A model generated the notes under the pieces. That model was not told the DNA's origin, did no database searches, and saw only the letters and a program-made list of their open reading frames with translations. Made by a program: the position numbers and the translations under genes. Below are positions 39,274 through 48,588 of a DNA stretch of 64,000 bases, piece after piece; the first letter of the stretch is position 1; each line of letters begins with the position of its first letter. Source of the DNA: an uncultured candidate division Zixibacteria bacterium (GTDB taxonomy: Bacteria > Zixibacteria > MSB-5A5 > GN15 > FEB-12); the NCBI GenBank assembly GCA_963664195.1, contig OY760907.1, positions 3,712,001 through 3,776,000 of the forward strand. The letters are read 5' to 3'.

Positions 39274-41091
39274 TTACCTGTCCGGTTCCTGACTGCCGAG
39301 ACGGAGTTTGGCCTGTTCGATATTGTCCACGGTATTCGGATTGTTCGGATAGGCTTTGAGCACCTGATTCCAGGCATCGATAGCCTTCTGGTACTCTTTG
39401 TTTCTCATATACCGTAGACCATCGAGATACAGGGCCCAGGCATCCCGGTCCTTCTGCAGATCCTCGAGGGTAGCAGTTCTGGTTTGTGCTTCGCCAATGC
39501 GACTGAGGTAATCAAGCGCGGTCGCTTGACTCGGGTTCACTTCGAGGACGGCATTGAACTGCGTGCGGGCAGCATTGAGGCGTCCTTTTTCGAACAACTC
39601 GATACCGGCACGGATCTTCTCTGGAAGGTCCATAGTGGCCAACACTTGTTTCTTGGCGGCCGGTGCCAACTTGTTGTCGGGTTCGATTTCGAGCACACGG
39701 TTGTACCCCTCGATGGCTTCGGCAAAGCGGCCCTCATCGGAGGCCTGTTTCGCGTTCAGCAATTGCTGTTCAACCTCGGCGGCTCTCGCCTGCAAAATGT
39801 TACTGCGGAGTTGCTCTGCGCGAAGATTATTGGCATCAATATCAAACACGAGATTGAGCAAATCCAGAGACGCCTGATAAATCTTGCGGTCATACAGCGA
39901 CTCGGCCTGGGTCACGAAACTTGTAATGGTTTGGTTCCGCTCCGTCTCTGCCTGGCGGAGCCGGGCTTCCTGCTCGTGCTGCACGCGACGAGATTCAGCA
40001 ATAGCGGCCAGCGAACCGATGATCTCCTGATCGTTGGGCCGCAGATCAAGAGCCTGACGGTAGTAGGTGGCGGCCGAGTCAAGCTCGAAGCGCTGCAGGA
40101 AACTGTTTCCCTGGGCCATCAGCGAGGCAAAAAGTTTCTCTTCCGGCGTCGGCTCCGGCGGTCTGAGGGCAAGCTCGCGAAGTCGTTTTTGCTCTGGCAC
40201 CGATTTGCCCAGCAGGAACGACACGGTGAAATGATGGACATCCTCCACATAGTCCGTAACTTTATACGCGTAGTCGATCTTGAGCCTGCCATGAAGCAAA
40301 CCGGCCCCGAGCGCCATGTTGTCCCTGTCATATCCGGCCCGGAAAGCATAGTGCCGGTGCAGAGTCAACTCTCCACCTGCGTGCAGCTTGACCGCCCGGT
40401 CGGCGTGTTTCTCCAGATCGCCTGACAACGTCACTACCGCATGCTCGGACAACGACAGATCGTGCAATGTCAACCCGCCCGCAAACGTAAACGGCATATC
40501 TTCAGCGGTGGAGTCAAGCTGCAATTCGGTTGGCAGTATGTCCCGCGCTATGGCACCCAACGAAAGATGTTTGTATAGCTTTGCCGTAGCACCCAGGTCC
40601 ATCTCAATGGCAAAATCGGAGTGATCATCCAGCGCCTGATTGACTATCTTGAGGCTGGTACCGGCGGCGAACGGTTCGCCAATATTCAAGCCATAAGACA
40701 ACACCAGTTGCGACTGCGAATAGCTGAATGTGCCCTTGTCGGCATACTCTGCCCTTCTCACGATGTCACCGGTACCGATCCTCATGAATCCGAGACCGAA
40801 GCCCCGGTTTTCATCGACCGGATACACCCACGATGCAAAGTCGTAGGTCGAGTTTGCAAACAACACGACGTGCGTAAACGAGACTTCCTGCTGAAGCAAA
40901 TTGGCCAGGCCTGCGGGGTTGTAGTAAACGGCTGAGGCATCCTGGGAAAGCGAGATCACTCCGCCCCCCATGGCCAGTGCCCTGGCGCCGTTGCCAATAG
41001 AGAAAGGCGATTCCCGACCGGCGTCCCCGGTTCCAGCATACGCGACAGCAGATAGCAGCAGGCCGACGATTGTCAGGACGAGGCTTTTCAT
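39274..41091 (-). CDS. PorV/PorQ-family outer-membrane barrel fused to a TPR region
   Basis: Start MKSLVL overlaps the upstream stop (ATGA); signal peptide; GARALAMGG...DASAVYYNPAGL plug motif; barrel strands; C-terminal TPRs. Confidence 0.85.
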   Translation of the reverse strand: MKSLVLTIVGLLLSAVAYAGTGDAGRESPFSIGNGARALAMGGGVISLSQDASAVYYNPAGLANLLQQEVSFTHVVLFANSTYDFASWVYPVDENRGFGLGFMRIGTGDIVRRAEYADKGTFSYSQSQLVLSYGLNIGEPFAAGTSLKIVNQALDDHSDFAIEMDLGATAKLYKHLSLGAIARDILPTELQLDSTAEDMPFTFAGGLTLHDLSLSEHAVVTLSGDLEKHADRAVKLHAGGELTLHRHYAFRAGYDRDNMALGAGLLHGRLKIDYAYKVTDYVEDVHHFTVSFLLGKSVPEQKRLRELALRPPEPTPEEKLFASLMAQGNSFLQRFELDSAATYYRQALDLRPNDQEIIGSLAAIAESRRVQHEQEARLRQAETERNQTITSFVTQAESLYDRKIYQASLDLLNLVFDIDANNLRAEQLRSNILQARAAEVEQQLLNAKQASDEGRFAEAIEGYNRVLEIEPDNKLAPAAKKQVLATMDLPEKIRAGIELFEKGRLNAARTQFNAVLEVNPSQATALDYLSRIGEAQTRTATLEDLQKDRDAWALYLDGLRYMRNKEYQKAIDAWNQVLKAYPNNPNTVDNIEQAKLRLGSQEPDR

Positions 41092-44000
41092 TTGAGCACC
41101 GCCACTTTCAATGTCGCCCGCCCACCATCTTTTTCGGTGGTAATGACGGCCACATATACGCCGTTGAGTACCAATTGACCGTCTTCGTTCCGTCCGTCCC
41201 AAGTGAGGGACTGCAAGCCGGCATCGGTGCCGTCGGATCCCTCGACAAGATCGATTCCGTAGACCTTCTCACCGGTCAGCGTAAGGATGCGGAACACCAC
41301 GCCGGACGGTTCAGCCAGATAGTATCTAAACTCAGCCTCGCCCGTCGCAGGATTGTACGGATTGTCCCTAATGATAAAAGATCTATCCAGTTCCGGCTCA
41401 ACGGCGGTAAATTGCTCCTTGAATACAAGACTGGTGTCATTGGAGGTAATGATCTCCACCGTTTGTCCTGCCAGCGGTCCGTGTGCAAAACTGGCCGCGA
41501 TATCTGCCGCATCAACAAAGAGCATGAAACCGGTACCGGCTGAGGCCTTGACTCTGGAACGGAATACAAGATCAGTCGATTGCCCTGCCTCCACAATGAA
41601 ACCGTCACCAAAGGAAAGCACCATCCGATTGGCTCCTGCGGTAACCGTGGTCACCCGACGACCGTCGTTGATCAGAGCCGACGAACCGACCTCAAGCACT
41701 TCCCGCACATCCAGTGGGAAACCATCATCGTTGAGCACGTAAAGCGTCAGCGATGAGAGCAGGATATCGGTAATCGATGAGGTCCCACGATTAGTGAGTC
41801 CAAGCGAGAAGAAATCCTCGTCACCACCGGACAGAACGAGATGAGAGCTGACCGTCTCTGCCTCCAACTCCAAACTCGCATTGGGCGAGGTCACCGCGAG
41901 ATTCATCTCAAACGTCGTGTCTCCGATCTGGGCTGGAAGATTCGTGTTCATATCCAGAGGAATATTGACCAGATCGACACTGATGGTCACGGTGGTATCG
42001 TAATCAGGCGCGACAAAGGATACTCCCCTTGGCGTGCCGGTTTCGACCACGAGTGTCAGCGGATCCTCGTTCCCGAGATCCAGACCGTTAGTCGATATCC
42101 GAAAAGTCCCATTGCCGGCGTCGGCCTCACCCGTGTTCACGATGCTCAGAACGACGCTGAAATCCTGACCGATGGTCAAATACCCCTGATCGGCTCCAAT
42201 CAGAATGTGAGATACCGAAAGGAGTGCCGGTTCCTGCACATTTGCCAACGCGATATTGTCAACCGGGGGAAGCTGATTAACTCCCAAAGAGGATATATCG
42301 ATTCGAAAGATCTCCGACGGATTAGGCACGGCCGACGCCACGACGTCGTAACGCACCTCGATGGTGCTGTCACCGGGAATGCCGGGAACGGTCAGTTCGG
42401 GGACAAAGCTTGAGTTGCCGTCGGTCACCATGCGAGTTTCAAACGGAGGCTGGTCCGAGGTAGACAAATTGGCGATGCGGCAGGCCACCTGGAACGCTTG
42501 TCCGGTATTCACCGACGGTACGTTTATCCCGACGATGGAAGCTTCGACAATCTGAACAACAGGGAGCGCCTCGACCTCCACCGTCATGCCCTCGAAGTTG
42601 GTCGATGAAGAGAGCGCATTGGCCGCTCCACGGTGTCGATAGGCGACAGTAGCTGCTACGGTCAACGTCTTTCCTAACTGGTCAGACGGGATAAACACAC
42701 TTTCACATTCCAGGCGATTGATTCCGGGTATCAGACTGTCGCCGGGAGCCACTAGATTGGTTGTGGCGTAGAAGACATCACCAAAGACATGAAAACTGGT
42801 ACCCTCAGAGAGAATTTCCAGCGGCAGGGTCCCATCGACTACAATATCAAAGGCAAACGAAGTCTCCTGCCCCGATGCAACCAGACGCGGTTCAAAGCTG
42901 GAATAGTCGAACTCCAACTCGATTTGCGGAAGAAGGACAATAGAGTCTATCGCCGTACTGTCGAGACTGAAGACGGCGCCGTTGGAATACATCGTGTAAT
43001 CAAACATCAGTCGATACGAGCCAGGCTCCGCGTCGATAGCATCCAGGACAATATCCGTCTCGTTAGCCTGCACATTCTCGTAGAAAATAGTGTCGTTTTC
43101 GAAGCGGCTGTACTTAATCATCCCCTGGAAAACGGTGGCAAGGATTGAATCCTCGGACGTCACAGCGTATAGCGTCAGATCGGTGGAGTCTATCGGCCCC
43201 GAGAAGGCAGTGGTAGCAATCTGGAAGCCTATGGCGAAGGCCGTGTCGGCATAAACCGAGTCAGGCTCGAATGAATCCTTCACAAAACGAACCTCGGCCG
43301 GCGCAAGTATGGTGACAGGTATTGAAAGGGAGTCGGTGATCGTGAACGGTCCCGCATTCGGCTGATACACGCTTTCAAGCACAAGGATGAGCGTGTCCTC
43401 GCCGACCGACAGCCCGGCGGTAGGTAGTTCAACGAGCAGCGTATCGATATTACCGTTGTTATTCGCCGTGAACAGGTTCTGAACAGAACCACCACCTGAC
43501 GCAAAATGCGAGGTAACTTTCGGTTCTGAGATAGCCAGGAGTTGTCCGCCGTTAACGACTGACACTCTAACTGTGGTCGGCAGGTCTGAATAGACATGTG
43601 AAATGGGATCGCCTGACAGAGACACGGCATCAACAAAGTCGTAGCCGCTGAACGAGACAAAGACCCCTGGAGAAGAGAGCGATGTATCAGATGCTGTGAT
43701 CTCTATCGATCCCGTGGGACCGGTATACGTCACCCCCAGCGGCAGGAACTGGATCACTCCGTTGGAATAGAGAATGCTGTCTGCCAGAGAATCAGGGGAT
43801 AAAGACCCAGATGCACTCGTGAGAACGATAGGATCGGTCAGAGGATCATAGTCGACAACCAAATCGGAGTTTTCATCCAGCAGGATAATCTCTGCCAGAG
43901 ACACCAGAGGATGCCCGACCACCTGACGTGAGTGAATATTCAACGAGATGCGATCGAGCGCTTCGGGAGCACGATCTGCGCTGCTGTTGCCGGTCACGGT

Positions 44001-44102
44001 TGGTGCGGCCGCATCCGACTGGACCGGCGCAGTCTGAGAGACACCGCAGAGCTGGAGAATCAGGATCAGAACGAGCGTCAGAAACCAAGTGGTCTTATTC
44101 AC
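41088..44102 (-). CDS. Large secreted acidic beta-rich (Ig-like/CARDB-like) protein with a FlgD-Ig/T9SS-type C-terminal domain
   Basis: Signal peptide; repeated beta-sandwich patterns (FSVVLSIVNTGEADA); tail NPYNP...WDGRNEDG..V.NGVY...KVAVLK. Confidence 0.8.
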   Translation of the reverse strand: MNKTTWFLTLVLILILQLCGVSQTAPVQSDAAAPTVTGNSSADRAPEALDRISLNIHSRQVVGHPLVSLAEIILLDENSDLVVDYDPLTDPIVLTSASGSLSPDSLADSILYSNGVIQFLPLGVTYTGPTGSIEITASDTSLSSPGVFVSFSGYDFVDAVSLSGDPISHVYSDLPTTVRVSVVNGGQLLAISEPKVTSHFASGGGSVQNLFTANNNGNIDTLLVELPTAGLSVGEDTLILVLESVYQPNAGPFTITDSLSIPVTILAPAEVRFVKDSFEPDSVYADTAFAIGFQIATTAFSGPIDSTDLTLYAVTSEDSILATVFQGMIKYSRFENDTIFYENVQANETDIVLDAIDAEPGSYRLMFDYTMYSNGAVFSLDSTAIDSIVLLPQIELEFDYSSFEPRLVASGQETSFAFDIVVDGTLPLEILSEGTSFHVFGDVFYATTNLVAPGDSLIPGINRLECESVFIPSDQLGKTLTVAATVAYRHRGAANALSSSTNFEGMTVEVEALPVVQIVEASIVGINVPSVNTGQAFQVACRIANLSTSDQPPFETRMVTDGNSSFVPELTVPGIPGDSTIEVRYDVVASAVPNPSEIFRIDISSLGVNQLPPVDNIALANVQEPALLSVSHILIGADQGYLTIGQDFSVVLSIVNTGEADAGNGTFRISTNGLDLGNEDPLTLVVETGTPRGVSFVAPDYDTTVTISVDLVNIPLDMNTNLPAQIGDTTFEMNLAVTSPNASLELEAETVSSHLVLSGGDEDFFSLGLTNRGTSSITDILLSSLTLYVLNDDGFPLDVREVLEVGSSALINDGRRVTTVTAGANRMVLSFGDGFIVEAGQSTDLVFRSRVKASAGTGFMLFVDAADIAASFAHGPLAGQTVEIITSNDTSLVFKEQFTAVEPELDRSFIIRDNPYNPATGEAEFRYYLAEPSGVVFRILTLTGEKVYGIDLVEGSDGTDAGLQSLTWDGRNEDGQLVLNGVYVAVITTEKDGGRATLKVAVLK

Positions 44103-44157
44103 AGGAAGAGCTAGTACCTTAACGTCAACAGGCGAATTCCATAATTAGTCCAAAAGG

Positions 44158-44174
44158 AGCAAAGATCATGCCCT
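44158..44174 (-). promoter_or_regulatory. Putative sigma54 promoter (-24/-12)
   Basis: The minus strand reads AGGGCATGATCTTTGCT, i.e. GG-N10-GC, closely matching TGGCACG-N4-TTGCW, about 55 nt upstream of the start at 44102. Confidence 0.65.
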
Positions 44175-44399
44175 CGCTCGCCGCCGGGCAGACAAATACA
44201 CGGAAAAGTTTTCCTTCGCGTATTTTGCGAGCCGTCACATAACTCGCTTTGTGAGAACAAGTTACAAGACGTTCATAGACTTGCGACGTCCAGCTTCAAC
44301 GACGAATTAGATCGACAGTGCAGACTCGCCTGTTTGCTGTTCAATTCTTGTGCAAGTCGATGCAGCAAAGACGAAATCAGTGACACTGCAAAGAAAGTA

Positions 44400-45284
44400 T
44401 TAGCGGGCGGCGGATCGCTCCGCAGCAAGCACAGTGTTGGTCATTAGCATGGCAATTGTCATCAGTCCTACACCTCCAGGTACCGGCGTGATAAACGAGG
44501 CCTTTTCACTTACGGGACCGAAGTCTACATCACCACAGAGTCTGTAGCCTTTTTCGAGAGCAGCATCATCGACCCGATTCAGGCCAACGTCGACCACGAC
44601 AGCGCCTTCCTTCACCATGTCCGCAGTGATCATCTCGGGACGACCGATAGCGGCAATGAGAATGTCCGCCCTCCCGGTAACTTCGCTCAGGTTCTTCGTG
44701 CGTGAGTGGGCCACCGTGACCGTCGCATTGGCCGACTTGCCCTTCTGCATCAATAGCGCGGCAATCGGCTTGCCGACGATGTTTGATCGTCCGACGACAA
44801 CCACTTCCTTGCCCTGCGGGTCAATACCATAATGCTCCATGAGCTTGATTACCCCGTACGGAGTGCAGGAGATGAAACCGGGCTGACCGATGAGCAGCAT
44901 GCCCACGTTATACGGATGAAAACCGTCGACGTCTTTCTCCGGCAGAATCGTCAGGGTAACCGTCATCTCGTCTATCTGTTTGGGCACCGGAGACTGTACG
45001 AGGATGCCGTGGATTTTGTCGCTGGCATTAAGGTCTTTGACGATCTGCGTCAGCTCCTCCTGCGTACATTCGGCGGGTCGCCTGATGATCTCAGAGTAGA
45101 TGCCGAGTTTCTGGCAGGCTTTTTCCTTGCTCTTGACGTAGATTGCAGAGGCCGGATCATCGCCTACGAGCACGGCGGCCAGTCCCGGAGTGATGCCCTG
45201 TTCCTTGAGCGCGATGATACGTTTCTTGAGTTCTTTCCTGACGTTTTTCGCAACCAGTTTGCCGTCGATTAGTGTGGCAGCCAT
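44400..45284 (-). CDS. folD: Bifunctional methylene-THF dehydrogenase/cyclohydrolase
   Basis: LIDGK, KDVDGFHP, GRSNIVGKP and TPVPGGVG motifs. Confidence 0.98.
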   Translation of the reverse strand: MAATLIDGKLVAKNVRKELKKRIIALKEQGITPGLAAVLVGDDPASAIYVKSKEKACQKLGIYSEIIRRPAECTQEELTQIVKDLNASDKIHGILVQSPVPKQIDEMTVTLTILPEKDVDGFHPYNVGMLLIGQPGFISCTPYGVIKLMEHYGIDPQGKEVVVVGRSNIVGKPIAALLMQKGKSANATVTVAHSRTKNLSEVTGRADILIAAIGRPEMITADMVKEGAVVVDVGLNRVDDAALEKGYRLCGDVDFGPVSEKASFITPVPGGVGLMTIAMLMTNTVLAAERSAAR

Positions 45285-45297
45285 ACAATCACCCTCT

Positions 45298-46128
45298 TCA
45301 GTCAACATCCGGTTGAGAACTGTTCTGGAATGTTGCCAGATCGAATTCACGTGAGAATCTCTCAATATGTTTCGCGCTGCCGTCCTCGGGGTCTACCTTG
45401 AGAATCACGCCACACATCTTGACATCGTCAGTGGCAGTGGTGAACCGCTTGGGCATCCCGGTGAGGAATCGCCCCAGAGACGGCCCCTTGTCCATGCCAA
45501 TGATCGAGTCATGCGGTCCTGTCATGCCGGCATCGGTAAGGTAAGCCGTTCCACGGCCGGATATTTTCTCGTCTGCGGTCGCTACGTGAGTATGCGTACC
45601 GATCACGGCCGACACGTTGCCATCGAGATAATGCGCCATTGCCTGCTTCTCAGAAGTCGCTTCGGCGTGGAAATCGATGAAGATCGTGGGCGTCTTTTCT
45701 TTGAGTCGACGGACTTCCTCATCGGCAACCTGGAACGGGCAGTCGGTGTTGGCCATGTAGACCCGTCCCATAAGATTAAGCACAGCGACCTTGTGATCGC
45801 CGACTGCGGCAACATAGGAACCGTTTCCTGGCACGCCGGTGGCCGGGAAATTGGCCGGACGCAGCAGCTTCGGGGTTTCATTCAGGTAGTCGAGAATCTG
45901 TACCCGGTCCCAGATGTGGTTGCCTGAGGTCTGGACATCGATACCATAAGTGAACATCTTGCGTGACATTTCCGGCGTAATGCCAAATCCACCGGCGGCG
46001 TTTTCGATATTGGCGATTACGAGGTCGACCGAAAACTCTTCGCGCATCGGCTTGATAAGATAGGCCGCCGCCTGACGTCCGGGTCTGCCGCATACATCGG
46101 CGACAAACATGATGGTGAGCAAAGACAT
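45298..46128 (-). CDS. ymdB: YmdB/TIGR00282 metallophosphoesterase
   Basis: ENAAGGFG, SGNHIWD, DFHAEATSEK and GTHTHV motifs; lies directly after rny. Confidence 0.95.
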   Translation of the reverse strand: MSLLTIMFVADVCGRPGRQAAAYLIKPMREEFSVDLVIANIENAAGGFGITPEMSRKMFTYGIDVQTSGNHIWDRVQILDYLNETPKLLRPANFPATGVPGNGSYVAAVGDHKVAVLNLMGRVYMANTDCPFQVADEEVRRLKEKTPTIFIDFHAEATSEKQAMAHYLDGNVSAVIGTHTHVATADEKISGRGTAYLTDAGMTGPHDSIIGMDKGPSLGRFLTGMPKRFTTATDDVKMCGVILKVDPEDGSAKHIERFSREFDLATFQNSSQPDVD

Positions 46129-46207
46129 GAAGACTCTTTCCAAGGCGGATAAACGAAGCGACCGGAATCTCCGCCTGTATTCCGGCAAGGGTAATGACTT
46201 TCACAAA

Positions 46208-46239
46208 GTCAGGTGGAGTCTACCAGAACTCCACCTGAC
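46208..46239 (-). terminator. Perfect 12-bp hairpin between rny and ymdB (weak terminator or stabiliser)
   Basis: GTCAGGTGGAGT-8nt-ACTCCACCTGAC with a short T-tail. Confidence 0.6.
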
Positions 46240-46272
46240 AATCAATCGCAAAAACGTTTCAAGAATGATACG

Positions 46273-47838
46273 CTACTTGGCAAACTCAGTGGCGCGCATC
46301 TCTCGAATAACCGTGACCTTAATCTGACCGGGGTACTGCATTTCACCCTCAATCTTGGTCGCGATGTCACTTGCTAGAACCGTCGAGGCCAGGTCATCGA
46401 TCCGATCATGTTCAACAATTACGCGGATTTCTCGACCAGCCTGAATGGCGTAGGCTTTGGCCACGCCCTTGAAAGAGTCAGCCACTTCCTCAAGCTGCGA
46501 AAGTCGCTTGATGTAGGCCTCCAGCGGCTCCCGTCGGGCGCCCGGTCGTGAGCCGGAAATAGCGTCGGCCGTCTGCACCAGAACCGGGTACGGGCTGAGC
46601 ATCGGGACATCGCCGTGATGCCCTTCCGCGGCGTTGACCACAATCTCATCTTCTTTATACCGACGAAGGAAATCGGCGCCGATCTGGGTATGCGTACCCT
46701 CGGTCACCCGGTCGACAGCCTTACCGATATCGTGCAGCAGACCGCAACGCTTCGCCAGGACATCGTCGAGTTCAAGCTGAGCGGCTAGCAGGCCACAGAG
46801 CATGGCGACTTCCTTGGAGTGGGCCAACACGTTCTGACCGTAAGAAGTCCGGTAATTGAGTTTCCCGAGCATCTTGACCAGATCAGCGTGGGCGCCGTGA
46901 ATACCCAGCTCAAAACAGGCTTGCTCGCCTGCTTCCTGCACGATGACATCCATTTCCTTGGTCGATTTCTCGAAGACCTCCTCGATTCGGGTCGGGTGAA
47001 TCCGCCCGTCGGAGATCAGTTTTTCGAGCGTCATCCGGGCGATCTCACGACGTACGGGGTCGTAGCCGGAAAGAATCACCGCCTCGGGGGTGTCGTCGAC
47101 AATGACGTCGATTCCGGTCGCGGTCTCAAAAGCGCGGATGTTTCGGCCTTCACGGCCGATGATCCTACCTTTCATCTCGTCGTTGGGCAGGGTCACGACT
47201 GACACTGTGGTCTCGACCGTATGATCGGCGGCACAGCGATAAATCGACTGAAGAATAATCTCCTTAGCCTCTTTGTCCGCATCGCGCTCCGCTTTGTCGC
47301 GAATCTCCTTGATGTGCGCGGCAGCATCCATTTTGGCCTCGGAAACCATGTTATCCATGAGCTGTCTTTTGGCCTCTTCCGGAGTCATCTGCGCAGTTTT
47401 CTGAAGGTTCTCGTTCTGTTTTTCAATGATCCGGGCTAGCTCTTCCTCGGCCAGTTCGATACCTTTCTGACGGGTCTGGAGCGCATTGGCGCGTCCGTTA
47501 AGGTCGCGTTCCTTGACGTCCAGAACAGTCATTTTCTTTCTGAGGGAGGTATCGCTTTCCTCAAGTCTTTTTTCAAACTTCTCGAGTTCACGCCGTTTTT
47601 GTTCGCTTTCCCGATCGAATTCGCCTTTCTCTTTGAGAGTATTCTCTCTCATTTCGAGGGCGATTTCCTTTTGCTTCATTCGGGCTTCTTTTTCAGCCTC
47701 TTTGACGATCCTGCCGGCTTCTTTGGCAGCATTGTCAAGGCTCTTCTCACCTATGCGGCGAGACATGAACCAGGCAGCGGTGAAGCCGATCGCGCCCGCA
47801 ACAACGGCCGCAATCAATATAGTAACCAAGTTGTCCAT
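46273..47838 (-). CDS. rny: Ribonuclease Y
   Basis: N-terminal TM, coiled coil, KH motif MKGRIIGREGRNI, and HD motif LLHDIGK. Confidence 0.98.
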   Translation of the reverse strand: MDNLVTILIAAVVAGAIGFTAAWFMSRRIGEKSLDNAAKEAGRIVKEAEKEARMKQKEIALEMRENTLKEKGEFDRESEQKRRELEKFEKRLEESDTSLRKKMTVLDVKERDLNGRANALQTRQKGIELAEEELARIIEKQNENLQKTAQMTPEEAKRQLMDNMVSEAKMDAAAHIKEIRDKAERDADKEAKEIILQSIYRCAADHTVETTVSVVTLPNDEMKGRIIGREGRNIRAFETATGIDVIVDDTPEAVILSGYDPVRREIARMTLEKLISDGRIHPTRIEEVFEKSTKEMDVIVQEAGEQACFELGIHGAHADLVKMLGKLNYRTSYGQNVLAHSKEVAMLCGLLAAQLELDDVLAKRCGLLHDIGKAVDRVTEGTHTQIGADFLRRYKEDEIVVNAAEGHHGDVPMLSPYPVLVQTADAISGSRPGARREPLEAYIKRLSQLEEVADSFKGVAKAYAIQAGREIRVIVEHDRIDDLASTVLASDIATKIEGEMQYPGQIKVTVIREMRATEFAK

Positions 47839-47933
47839 TGTGTCTCCCCGTCCGGTCCAGAGGAACGGACGTCTCATCTATGTGAAATGATAGACACGGG
47901 ATTGAGAGGAAGTCAGAAAAGCACGGGTGCTGT

Positions 47934-48251
47934 CTACTGATCGGTTGAACAGTTGTCGCCGAGAGCACTATCCAATCTGTCCAACAGTGCATCCAGATTG
48001 GCATCTTGATCAGAGGCCAGTTGGTCCAAGTCGGCGGATTTCGCCTGTAGCTCGGACGCCAGAGACAGGGCGGTCAGAATGGCCACCTTCTCTCTTGAAT
48101 TGGTATGACTGCGTTTGGACACTTCCTGCATTCTCGAATCGACAAAATCGGCGATTTTCGAGATGTAGGCCGGATCCGTAGATCCGGTGATTGGGTAATC
48201 TTCCCCGAATATTTTAACAACAACTTTGTTTTCAACCGATGGGTTAGTCAC
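47934..48251 (-). CDS. zapA: Cell division protein ZapA
   Basis: VKIFGEDY, IADFVDSRM and VAILTALSLASEL; sits between pheT and rny. Confidence 0.92.
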   Translation of the reverse strand: MTNPSVENKVVVKIFGEDYPITGSTDPAYISKIADFVDSRMQEVSKRSHTNSREKVAILTALSLASELQAKSADLDQLASDQDANLDALLDRLDSALGDNCSTDQ

Positions 48252-48306
48252 AGCTGGATTCCTTGCAAGTCTGGCCGGGCCACTCTATCCCACTATCGCT
48301 TAAGAC

Positions 48307-48335
48307 CTTATAGCCACTTGTCAAGATTAAGTCAA
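48307..48335 (-). promoter_or_regulatory. Putative sigma70 promoter for zapA-rny
   Basis: TTGACT-N17-TATAAG. Confidence 0.55.
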
Positions 48336-48343
48336 GAAAAACT

Positions 48344-48586
48344 TTACAGCCCAATCTTCTCAAGCTCCTCGACACGACTAAGAATCGAGACAAGTTTTGT
48401 CTTAACTCTATCTGCCAGATCGTTTTGCTCGAGTTTGAGAGCATCGAAATCCCGCTTCAGGCCGACCAGTTTGTCCTTCAGATCAACGTTGGCCTCTCGG
48501 AGGAGGTCGTTCTCGGCCCGAAGATCATCAACCCGGTTCAGCACCTGCGAGACCTTCCGTTCCAACAGCTCAAGTTTTTCCGACAT
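48344..48586 (-). CDS. zapB: ZapB-like coiled-coil protein
   Basis: 80-aa heptad coiled coil (LELLERKV...LRAEN) located upstream of zapA. Confidence 0.7.
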   Translation of the reverse strand: MSEKLELLERKVSQVLNRVDDLRAENDLLREANVDLKDKLVGLKRDFDALKLEQNDLADRVKTKLVSILSRVEELEKIGL

Positions 48587-48588
48587 AT

